Of a DNA stretch of 64,000 nucleotides, positions 52,483 through 64,000 are shown one piece after another. A program made the position numbers and the translations under genes. The stretch is taken from assembly GCA_964016885.1 (NCBI GenBank), contig CAXHJY010001576.1, forward strand, positions 148,613 through 212,612, read 5' to 3'. Each line of letters opens with the position of its first letter. Positions within the stretch are counted from its first letter, which is position 1. Source of the stretch: Eledone cirrhosa (lineage: Eukaryota). The notes under the pieces were generated by a model. The model had not been told where the DNA came from. It saw only the letters and a list, made by a program, of their open reading frames with translations, and searched no databases.

Positions 52483-54015
52483 TCTATATATATAAAACTG
52501 TGGTTGTCTGTCTGTCTATCGATTTTTGGCACACATCTCCTCTTAGAATCTCTCACGGAATTGCACCGAAATTGCTAGACTTGTACATTGAGCCCTAGCG
52601 AAGACATCGGAAAAAAAAAATTTCAAATTGACCCACCCTATGTGACGAAATCGAATATAATGTATCGATTTTTGAGCGTAAGTTATCAGTTATTTCCCTT
52701 TGTTCTGTTTACATTGAGCGTCTTACGTAAAAAATTACGCTGGCTTTAACAGTTGTCGAGCCAGCAAAATATTGACCTGCAAAATTCATCAGTTCGAACA
52801 CTAAGCTTCCGTTTTGCTTCATTTCCATTTAAAAGCATTTTAAAACAATATTTTTACTTGAAAACAAGTCTATTTAAAGACTACGTAAAACAAGCAAATA
52901 TTTCGTCGTTAGGCGTGCAGACAGACAGTCGTGCAGAGAGGTGATATAGGCGTGCAGACAGACAGTCGTGCAGAGAGGTGATATAGGCGTGCAGACAGAC
53001 AGTCGCGCAGAGAGGTGATATAGGCGTGCAGACAGACAGTCGTGCAGAGAGGTGATATAGGCGTGCAGACAGACATAACTGATAATTTGGTTACGCTAAT
53101 GTTTTTCTCTGCGTTGCAGTGTTTACATTTTCGATCTTTGTTAATAAATAACCAGTGCAGTTTCTATCCCCAGCATCCTCTTTTGTTATAACATTCGGGT
53201 TATCGTTATGTTTTCTTAACTTCATAAGGCATATTGTTGGTTGAGGGAATATTAATCAAAAACACCACATGCAAGTCTGCACAGTAGACACTACAGTTTT
53301 TAAGCCAAGAAACTTAACATTGTAACTTTAACACAGCTACTGAGCGACCCCGAGCAACGCCGGGCTTTACTGCTAGTCTATATATATAAAACTGAGGTTG
53401 TCTGTCTGTCTATCGATTTTTGGCACACATCTCCTCTTAGAATCTCTCACGGAATTGCACCGAAATTGCTATACTTGTACATTGAGCCCTAGCGAAGACA
53501 TCGGAAAAAAAATATTTCAAATTGACCCGCCCTATCTGACGAAATCGAATATAATGTATCGATTTTTGAGCGTAAGTGATCAGTTATTTCCCTTTGTTCT
53601 GTTTACATTGAGCGTCTGCGTGCAAAAATTAAAAAAATTACGCTGGCTTTCTCAGCGTTTAAAATGACATTAACACAATACACGAACAGTTGTCGAGCCA
53701 GCAAAATTTTGACCTGCAAAATTCATCAGTTCGAACACTAAGCTTCCGTTTTGCTTCATTTCCATTTAAAAGCCTTTTAAAACAATATTTTTACTTGAAA
53801 ACAAGTCTATTTAAAGACTACGTAAAACAAGCAAATATTTCGTAAAAAAAAGCAAAAATTATATAAGTTTATTTAAAATATATGTATCTGTAAATTTCGT
53901 TAGGCGTGCAGATAGATAGTCGTGCAGACAGACTTTAAGCCAAAAAAGAAACTTAACATTGTAACTTTAACACAGCTACTGAGCGACCCCGAGCAACGCC
54001 GGGCTTTACTGCTAG
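52483..54015 (+). mobile_element. Head-to-tail dimer of a non-autonomous Helitron (52483-53376, 53377-54015)
   Basis: A|TC start, subterminal hairpin CCCGAGCAACGCCGGG, CTAG end, exact CTAG|TC junction, final CTAG|T, no TSD. Confidence 0.92.
52911..53075. repeat. 37-bp minisatellite (4 full + 1 partial copy) inside Helitron unit 1
   Basis: AGGCGTGCAGACAGACAGTCGTGCAGAGAGGTGATAT at 52911, 52948, 52985, 53022, 53059. Confidence 0.95.
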
Positions 54016-54569
54016 TATAATATAATATAAAACAATATATCCGCCGGACCTAAACTGGATGGCGCTGGAATGAGGGAGCGGCATATATAAATATTCACGA
54101 GTATTTCAATCGGTAATCGTAATGCAGACACAAAAGACATACGAAAGAGATAATATATAAGTAACAATTGGAATTGATCCCTTTTACTATATTGTGTGTG
54201 AATGTAACCACATTTAATTTCTGTGGGTAAAGTGTGTTCTACTTTCAGTCTAAGATTTATCTCACAAACATGTTTTCTTTACACATGCACACACATATAT
54301 AGAGAGGGCGGCGAGATAAAAAAAAGCACATACATACTTATTCACACATACACGTACGCATGCACACAAGAACAAGTATCATTTTCTCACAGGAGAAAAA
54401 GAGGAAAAATGTAAACCTTATACTTTAATGTAGATGACATCAAATTATGCGATTTTCTCACCAGATTTGGCATCATAGTACCACTGTAATAATATCTTCT
54501 GCTGCCGATACTACTATTATTACGACAAATAATGCTAATACTGCAATTGTCAAACCTTCAGTGTAACAT

Positions 54570-54912
<343 letters not shown>

Positions 54913-55182
54913 ATTTTAACGAGCCAGACAATTAGATTTTGTCAAAGACCACCTTTTATCACTCACTTCACGATCTTTTACAAAAATCATATGTTGTAAA
55001 TACGATATATAGTGGAATAAACGGAATTGTGTGCACACACACATATATATTATAAAAAGTCGGGACCCGACGGCTGAGCTCTTTATAAGATAGCCATACT
55101 CTACTACCCCAAGTATCGAGTCTTCTGTTGGAAAATGGTCTAACTAGTTTTAAACTGGTTCTATTCTGGTATATATATATAT

Positions 55183-55911
55183 AATAAATGTAATCTGAGT
55201 TTTTCGAATATTAATAATTGTTTCTACTTTAGGCACAAGGCCAGCAATTACCCAGTGCATTACTGGTACTTTATTTTATCGACCCCGTAAGGATGAAAGG
55301 CAAAGTTAAACTTTCGATTTGTTTGCAATTATGCAAACAAGCCTCAATTTTCTAGCCATGTCAGTAGAATGAACACTTCATTCTTGCTCTTATGTTCGCA
55401 TGCCCACATAAGAGCTAGAATGAAGTGTTCATTCTACTGGCATGGCTATAATATTGAGGCTTGTTTGCATAATTGCAAACATATCGAATGTTATTATTAT
55501 TGGCAGTATCGGTAGAGGGTCGGACGCCATGCTTTCCAGCATAGTTACGTCCCTTTACGATCTGAGTTCAAATCCCGCCGAGGTTGACTTTGCCTTTCAT
55601 CCTTACGGGGTCGATAAAATAAAGTACCAGTAATACACTGGGTAATTGCTGGCCTTGTGCCTAAAGTAGAAACAATTATTAATATTAGGGCGGTGGATTG
55701 GCAGTATCAGTAGAGGGTCGGACGCCATGCTTTGCAGCAAAGAGTTACGGCCCTTTATGGTCTGAGTTCAAATCCCGTTGAGGTTAACTTTGCCTTTCAT
55801 CCTTACGAGGTCGATAAAATAAAGTACCAGTAATACACTGGGATAATTGCTGGGCTTGTGCCAAAAGTAGAAACAATTATTAATATTCGAAAAACTCAGA
55901 TTACATTTATT
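55183..55911. mobile_element. Fold-back element with SINE insertions at the equivalent position in both arms
   Basis: Inner hairpin 55313-55488 (loop 55396-55405). Outer arms AATAAATGTAATCTGAGTTTTTCGAATATTAAT and its reverse complement. SINEs at 55215-55309 (-), 55500-55680 (+) and 55687-55880 (+). Confidence 0.8.
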
Positions 55912-57114
55912 GTATTCAGCCATGTAGAGCGAAATTTTCTTTTATATATATATATATATTGTTATACTTTGGGAGAGTCATACTGTCAATAAAAACACAT
56001 GCACCTGTTGATTTTCACTGCATTTATTATAATTTTCAGGCTGGTTAATTGCTTCGGTAACCAGCCAACCGGAAATTTATAATAAATTGAAGTGAAAACA
56101 ACAGGTGCGTGTGTTTTTATTGGCAGCATGACCCTCCCAAAGCATAACAATATCTGTTTCAACACAGATTTGTAAAAGAAATTCCAAAAACGAAATATAT
56201 ATATATATATATATATATACATACTGTGTCTAAGCAGTGTGTACATAGTGAGAAATTCATTATTATTATTGCTGTTAGCTGTTTTATAGCTGTAAGATCG
56301 GGCAGACTAATGCCACGTAGGCAAAAAAGTGTGAACCATAGATCCACTATCCTAGATACACCATGACAGGTTGAAGATCACACTGTATACTCCAACATAT
56401 GTCATCGAGTTTATTATAAATTTTTCACTTCATCTCCCCTCACAATCTCGGAGGCCCTCAACAGTGTACTGGGTAAACATATTTTCACACGCAGTAAGGG
56501 GGAAAAAAGTCGCAGATTATTGCAGGCAAACTGAGATAAAATATCGTTCGTTCAGTTATCCACACCTTTCGGCTTCATGGTTCATCAAAAGAGTAACCTG
56601 AAACTGATAAATGATCTAGCGATAATTGAGACCTTCTGCTACCGGGTAAGGAAAGCTAGAGACTGTTCTAAAAACTAAAAGTTGACAGATAACTGATTAA
56701 ATCATCATTACATATATATGTTAGATAAAACAATATTTTCTTATGTGTGAAGAGAAGTTCATTACTGAGATAAGATCAACTATTTCTTGCATATGAAAGA
56801 AACACAAAGTAAATATATGTTTTCGTCTTCCTGGCAGGCTCAGCTTGAATTTATCCAGGATTATGTATTTTAATGTCCCAGGCCTGATGTTTCCAAATGC
56901 ATCACCAGCTTCATACCATGGAGATTCGACTATCTGACCGTAGGCAATAACAACATTTTGGTCGTCTACAAGGTTTGTTCCATGTTCGGTCGATTTGAAT
57001 AGACACGGGCGGCACTTTGCCATCATTTGTGTCTTCGTCATTGTAATTTAATTTTTTTTTGTGTTACCTTTATGGCAACTTAAAAATATCGTAATTATCA
57101 AAATCCTTATTGCC

Positions 57115-57577
57115 ACTACTTTTGCCTTTCATCTTCCGTGATTAATAAAATAGAGTACCAGTCAAATACTGAGGTCGATTTAATTGACTTTCCCATCCCC
57201 ACAAAATCGTTGGCCTTTTGCCTAAATGAGAAACCATCATTATTATATTGGTAGTATCGGTAGAGGGTCGGACGCAATGCTTTGCAGCAAAGAGTTACGG
57301 CCCTTTACGGTCTGAGTTCAAATCCCGCCAAAGTTAACTTTGCCTTTCATCCTTACGGGGTCGATAAAATAAAGTACCAGTAATGAACTGAGATAATTGC
57401 TGGCCTTGTGCCAAAAGTAGAAACAATTATTATTATCGTCATCATTAGGGCGGTGAATTGGCAGTATCGGTAGAGGGTCGGACGCCATGCTTTGACGCAT
57501 AGAGTTACGGCCCTTTCCATTCTGAGTTCAAATCCCGCCGAGGTCAACTTTGCCTTGTGCCAAAAGTAGAAACAATT
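57115..57577 (+). mobile_element. Three dominant-SINE copies
   Basis: Consensus matches; the last is internally deleted at a GCCTT microhomology. Confidence 0.88.
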
Positions 57578-57625
57578 ATTATTGTTATCAAAATCATCAA
57601 CATCATCATCATTATTATTATCACC

Positions 57626-57678
57626 TGTACTGTCCTTAATGTCTACTTCATGTAGACCCTTGTGGTTAATAACGAAAG
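57626..57678 (+). mobile_element. Extreme 3' end of a Tx1-like LINE with TSD
   Basis: TGTACTGTCC...GACCCTTGTGGTTAATAACGAAA flanked by ATTATTATCACC on both sides. Confidence 0.55.
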
Positions 57679-58446
57679 CATTATTATCACCACCACTATC
57701 ATCATCATCCGTTATGATGGTAATCTTTGTTGTGCATCATTCAACCCCAGCAGGATAGATATCATAATGAGATGATATCTAGTCTCCTTGACTCACCGGA
57801 CCATTGCAGCCAAAACAGTGAAACATTGGTGGCAGCAATGGGAAAAAGTAATAGGAGAGGTGCTATGGAGGGATTTCGTGCTGGTTGGAATTTAGATGAT
57901 TTATATTTGAAGGTTGTGGCATGTCTGGGGCGGAGCTGGAACGTTTTCTCTGCGAAAATATTTGATAACAAAAATAGATTTCTATTTTCTGTCCGTATGG
58001 TTCAATGGCAACATTCAGCGTTGATCCACTCACTTTCCCAATTTAATAGGCGGAGAAGGATACATAAAGAAGGTTAGTTGTCGTAGCTATGGTACTTAAG
58101 GTATAATATAGAAGCGGTATGAATGCGATGTGTAAAAAATGAACGCCCTACACCCCAGATAAAGATTCATGCTAAACAATTTCAATCCTTTCAATGTCAA
58201 AACAATTTAGATAGCATGTCACTGACCGTTCTACACTTCCCCCCAACCACTACACACCAGTTATTTATTTTATTTACTTTATCTATTTAATAGATATTAA
58301 TGACTGTGGTTGTTGTTGATAGTGTTGTTGTTATTGTAGTTGTTATAGTTCGTTATCATTGCAATAAACCCTTCATTCTTAGATTCGTACTCATGTTAAC
58401 AATTATCCAGATATCATTATTGATGTTGTCATCACTCTTCTTCTTC

Positions 58447-58478
<32 letters not shown>

Positions 58479-58926
58479 CTTCTTCTTCTTCTTCTTCTTC
58501 TTCTTCTTCTTCATCTTCTTCTTCTTCTTCTCATCATTATTATCATTATTGTTATTACTATTATTATTAGTATCATTCAGAGATATCAATTACTGATGAA
58601 GCATTCCTACCCCCTACATTCTATGACTATTACTATAAATGAGATATTGTTATGAATGTCTGTGTGTCCCCTGATAGAGATCTGGCTAAGGTTTCACGCA
58701 TATGTCGTACAACCCATATCACAATAATTAACAATTTAGCAATGGTAATAGAACTAGATATTGATATTAGAGATTGATGCGTATCTTCATATGTACGAGT
58801 GTACACAAACATATATCTCTCTCAGTCTCACTCTCTCTCTTTCTCTCTTTCTTTCTCTCTCTCACTCTCTCTCCCTCTCACTCTCTCTCTGAATACACTG
58901 ACGCACATAAAGAGAAACCCCCCTCC

Positions 58927-58970
<44 letters not shown>

Positions 58971-58977
58971 AGTGAGT

Positions 58978-59014
<37 letters not shown>

Positions 59015-59172
59015 GTGAGTCGTGTTACTGAAGTTTCGCCTGCTTCTCAAAGAGTCATCGGACAAGAAGTAAAATTCAATAGCAGAGACAGCGCAAATAA
59101 GGGACGGCTCAGGCAGGGATGGGGTGGTGGTGGATTAAGTGAGGAGGGCAGATACACATACACACAAGCACA

Positions 59173-59223
<51 letters not shown>

Positions 59224-59360
59224 GTATACACACACACACACACACACACACACGTGGAAGCTTAGTAAAATCGAAGCTTTGGCTGTGGCCAAGCAAGTTC
59301 GACCTACAATAAGGAATGAGTAGCAAAGCACTCAATAAGGGTAGGTCCTTAGAGTAATAA

Positions 59361-59540
59361 CTGTTTCTATTTTAGGCACAAGGCCAGCAAATACCCAGTA
59401 CATTACTGGTACTTTATTTTATCGACCCCGTAAGGATGAAAGGCAAAGTTAACCTCGGCGGGATTTGAACTCAGATCGTAAAGGGACGTAACCATGCTGG
59501 AAAGCATGTCCGACCTTTCTACCAATACTGCCAATTCACC
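59361..59540 (-). mobile_element. Dominant SINE with TSD
   Basis: GGTCCTTAGAGTAATAAC on both sides. Confidence 0.92.
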
Positions 59541-60255
59541 GGTCCTTAGAGTAATAACATTACGTTTAAATAGCTTGACAAATTGAAAATTGCGGTAGGC
59601 AAAACCCAACCATACAATACCAAAACAACGAAAGAACTAATCAGGTTAAAACAACAGACCTGGACAGATCGAACGATATTCTGCAATACGTCCGATATGT
59701 TTCTATGAATCCGAAATTATCCATCCAACTTACGTAACACATAAGCTTGTGTTATTCCATGATCGAACAGGGGATTCACTTCATCGACGCATTTCGTTCT
59801 TTTGCCTCAAACGTGTGTGAACTTTAACTAAACGCGACCGCCACAACAGACATATATATCAATAAAAAATGTATGAAGCTAGAGAGGAGGAGTTGGAGAG
59901 CGGCATAAATTCATGTGTATACGTGGTTTTTGACGAGCTCGATGAATGCGTCAGACGCTGCACTACGTAATTGTTGTATTTTCATTTTACCCAATACTGT
60001 TAAAAAAAAAGATACTGATATCCCGAATACCCGTGATAACTAGAGAAAGACAAAGGTACAGGGATACAGCCCAGGTCAGTCATCTCGGTGGAAGCATCCA
60101 AGGTCGCCAAAGCCAGCACTTCCAAGGGAATACTCTCAGGAAATATACGGACGTCTTCGTCATGTGTATACATACATAGGTTCATACATACATACATACA
60201 TACATACATACATACATACATACATACATACATACATACATACATACATACATAC

Positions 60256-61305
60256 ATGGTGGCTGCCAACACGTTTTCGAGTACGGCCACTACTTTATAT
60301 CCATGTAGGAGAACCCCTACCAATGCGCTGAACGAGTGTGACTTTTCAGTCCAGCCAACAACTTAAAAACTCTGGTACAAACACTACACTTGTGACAATT
60401 ACTGACACATAGTGCTGGGCCAATGGTACCATGTGACGACAAGTGCAGAGAGATCTCCAGATATAAAGCAATGCCTGTGCCGTGAAGCTTTTATAGTGAG
60501 CAAAGGCACTGCACAAAGCCAGTCCCACTCTCTTAACCAAGATGATATTTACCAAAAAGAAGAACAAGTCAACATCATTGGATACCATCAGAGTTGCAGG
60601 TGTTATATCAGAGTTTTCCTTCTCCTAGAATTCTGCCTTGACAAAGGCTAAGGGGTCATCTCTCATACATACATACATACATACATACATACATACATAC
60701 ATACATACATACATGATGGCTGCCATTCGTTATCGAGTATGGCCATTGCACGATATACCGTTATTAATAATTATTAATTATCGGTAGAGGGTCGGACACC
60801 ATGCTTTCCAGCATAGTTACGTCCCTTTACAATCTGAGTTCAAATCCCGCCGAGGTTGACTTTACCTTTCATCCTTACGGGGTCGATAAAATAAAGTACC
60901 GGTAATACACTGGGTAATTGCTGGCCTTGTGCCTAAAGTAGAAACAATTAATTAATTCTATCGTGAAATGCCTGTGCTTGAACATTTTTTAAAGTGAGGA
61001 AAGACTGTGCACTGAGCCAATCCCACTCTCTGAGCGACAGTAGCTATAACCCGAAAAGAAGAAAAGATCAACATCATCGGTAACTACTGAGCCGCAGGTT
61101 TTATGTAGTAGTTATCCCAGTTTCCTGAGTGGCCTTCTCCTAGAAGAATGCCCTGACAAAGGCTAGGGGTCCTTTACACCCACTGTTTTAACCCCACGAT
61201 TGGGTATCCAGCCCGATTATTTCTATGTCCCCGCGCATATACATTCACATATATACATGTACTCGTATATACATACATACATACATACATACATACATAC
61301 ATACA

Positions 61306-61337
<32 letters not shown>

Positions 61338-61740
61338 CATACACATGTATATACATCTTTACACATATTTGAATGGCCGTTGATTTTTATGAGTTCTTCC
61401 TGCCTTTGTTAGGTTTTGTCTTTTGTCCGGCAGGGTGTCCAAAATCACCCTCCTCACCAAGTAAACTTGGTGGGGTTGCCGGTTTAGTCGCCGATGACCC
61501 GACCATGTGACAGGTTGCACTGGGTTACATGTTACCACCAGTAGCACTCAAGAGTGACCCGACATACATACATACATACATACATACATACATACATACA
61601 TACATACATACATGCATGATGGTTGCAACTCGATTTCGAGTAGTGCCATCGCTTGATACTTAAACATGAGCATCACGGACGTGGCGTTTTAGTCCTGTTA
61701 GGGACTTGCCTATGGGCAGCAATACCATGCATAGCAAAAC
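60256..61740 (-). mobile_element. Stack of three RTE-related insertions in a (CATA)n array (60256-60664; 60714-61564 interrupted by a SINE at 60780-60950; 61617-61740)
   Basis: Each begins on the + strand with CATG(G/A)TGG(C/T)TGC..TCG..TCGAGTA directly after (CATA)n. The third encodes CMVLLPIGKSLTGLKRHVRDAHV*, a degenerate C2H2-type LINE C-terminus. Confidence 0.7.
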
Positions 61741-61749
61741 GTGTCACAT

Positions 61750-62115
61750 ATCAAGCAAGTGACTGGATCTGTGGTTCTCATAAGACTCTCTGCTGCCCCA
61801 TGGCAAAGCCTTCAGTACATACATCGCAACTGATCCAATTATTTTTATTCATTCACCGGGCAATCTAATTTTTAGACGTGGTTCTCACTGTCTTTTGGTT
61901 ATTCTCTCAAATGGAGATGTCTCTATAAGGCGCTCGCTTTGATGACATCATTCGGACTGCGAAGGCGGAGTTGAAAGCGATTTCAGAAGAAGCATTCCTG
62001 ACGTGCTTCGAACAGTGGAAGGATCGGTGGAAGTAAATTAGTTTAAGTAGAAGGGCCTATTTCGAAGATGAACCCCCCATCAAGAACATGAGGTCGGATA
62101 CATTTTCGACACTAT
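61750..62115 (+). pseudogene. Degenerate mariner transposase C-terminus plus TIR remnant
   Basis: HTSQLIQLFL...DVVLTVFWLFSQMEMSL*GARFDDI..AELKAISEEAFLTCFEQWKDRWK*ISLSRRAYFE, then GGTCGGATACATTTTCGACAC. Confidence 0.82.
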
Positions 62116-62116
62116 A

Positions 62117-62181
<65 letters not shown>

Positions 62182-62605
62182 CTAACGAACGTGATAGTGA
62201 GTAAAGAAATGTGCTTCCGAAGAAATCAGTGACATAGATAGTGAAAGAGTCAGAGGGAGAAAGAGTGTGTGTATGAGAGGAGAGAGAAATGGTGTGTTAT
62301 GCCGAGTTCAATATCGATTTTCTGAACATGCCGTTTATTGTTGATATTGTAAGGGAATGTCGATTGCACATAGTAGAGACACGTGTTTTCTGCCTTATCT
62401 CACTGTTGCATTACTGAACAGATTTCTTCTTCTTCTTCTTCTTCTTCTTCTTCTTCTTCTTCTTCTTCTGTTATAGATTTTGAAGAGTAATCGATAATGT
62501 AAACATTCGCTAGACACTGACACACATATACACATCCTTCAAAACAGACTCGTGGACAGAGTCACGTAGATCTACACACACACACACACATACATGTGTG
62601 TGTAT

Positions 62606-62637
<32 letters not shown>

Positions 62638-62686
62638 GTAATAAAGCCCCTTGTACAGCCAACCATGTTATTCTTCAATCTTTCAC

Positions 62687-62739
<53 letters not shown>

Positions 62740-62751
62740 GTATATATGTAT

Positions 62752-62802
<51 letters not shown>

Positions 62803-62838
62803 TAAATGTATGTATGTATATATATATATAAATGTATG

Positions 62839-62879
<41 letters not shown>

Positions 62880-62913
62880 TATGTATCAAAAGATGGTTAA
62901 AAGAGTTCCAAGT

Positions 62914-62982
62914 ATTTTATTATGCGCATTTCAAAAACAAATATCATCATGGGATGATATCTGCGTTCTCATCAGATAAAAT
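62914..62982 (-). ncRNA. Type I hammerhead ribozyme (same family as 7561-7629)
   Basis: ATTTTAT-CTGATGA-GAACGCAGATATCATC ccat GATGATATTTGTTTTT-GAAA-TGCGCA-TA-ATAAAAT. Confidence 0.88.
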
Positions 62983-63213
62983 AGGGAGACATGATATGAA
63001 GCTTAAAAAACACTTGTGAATAGTGAAGTTTTAAATCAACATATGAAAAATAAATTAAGATTGATGTATGAGATGGGAAAAAGTGAGGGGAGGGTGGAAA
63101 AGGTAAGGAAGAGGAAGAGATGAGAGTAAAGGATGGTGGGGGGAGGAGTATAAGAAGGAAGGATGAGAGAGGAGGAGAGATGGGTGATAGAGAGAGAGAG
63201 AGATAGCCTTTAC

Positions 63214-63249
<36 letters not shown>

Positions 63250-63258
<9 letters not shown>

Positions 63259-63409
63259 TATATGCGTGTGTGTATGTGTGTGTGTATATACATATATATA
63301 CACACATACACACATATATATACACACATATATATATATATATACATATATGTGTGTGTGTGTGTGTGTGTATAAGTTCGTGTGCGTATATATATGATTA
63401 TACATACGT

Positions 63410-63448
<39 letters not shown>

Positions 63449-63597
63449 CATATATATATGCGTGTGTGTGTGTATATACATATATATACACACATACACA
63501 CATATATATACACACATATATATATATATACATATATGTGTGTGTGTGTGTGTGTGTATAAGTTCGTGTGCGTATATATATATAATTATACATACGT

Positions 63598-63620
<23 letters not shown>
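63250..63620. repeat. Tandem duplication (~186 bp) of a compound TA/CA/TG microsatellite block
   Basis: Unique anchor AAGTTCGTGTGCG at 63374 and 63560. Confidence 0.85.
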
Positions 63621-63662
<42 letters not shown>

Positions 63663-63904
63663 TATATGTATATAACAGTGCCTACGTGTGTATAGGTGTT
63701 AATGTTCTCGTTATAAGTGGAGAGAGGAACCACAATGTACACAATACATCAACTATGTTCACTTTAAAGATTAATCTTATCTACTGTAATAGTTGCCTTC
63801 AAACGAACGAAGAAACGAACTAGCTCTGAAATAGTTATTAATTTGAGAAATATATTATACATTATACACACACACACACACACACACACATACACACACA
63901 CACA

Positions 63905-63955
<51 letters not shown>

Positions 63956-64000
63956 GTGTATGTAAAAAGTAAACAGAAATAACAACACAATCGGTACAGT

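Noticed and set aside
52911-53075. 37-bp direct repeats of CRISPR-like length
   Set aside because: The repeats are contiguous with no spacers, lie inside a Helitron, and no cas genes are present.
57727-58077. 116-aa ORF; possible CR1/L2 3' relic (FLFSVRMVQW)
   Set aside because: Only one weak motif; too degenerate to call.

Overview
This is a eukaryotic, AT-rich, very microsatellite-dense intergenic or intronic window. The SINE families and repeat landscape suggest an octopod cephalopod (inference). I find no supportable host protein-coding gene, and most ORF-track entries are translations of (TA)n/(CA)n/(GA)n/trinucleotide runs. The window is a mosaic of roughly 50 copies of one tRNA-derived SINE, a CORE-like SINE family, truncated LINE fragments (Tx1/L1-like, RTE/Expander-like, CRE-like, Penelope-like), a head-to-tail Helitron dimer, and Tc1/mariner/pogo MITEs. 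The most striking hidden layer is a set of type I hammerhead ribozyme (HHR) motifs. Eight have a complete CUGANGA...GAAA...UH core and belong to about six sequence families, and there are several variant or half motifs. They have tiny self-complementary stem III regions, some have very long stem II inserts, and they sit in (TA)n-flanked, often fold-back Penelope-like terminal remnants. A second theme is that different retroelement classes appear to occupy different microsatellite types. All calls are by eye; coordinates of degenerate repeats are approximate.
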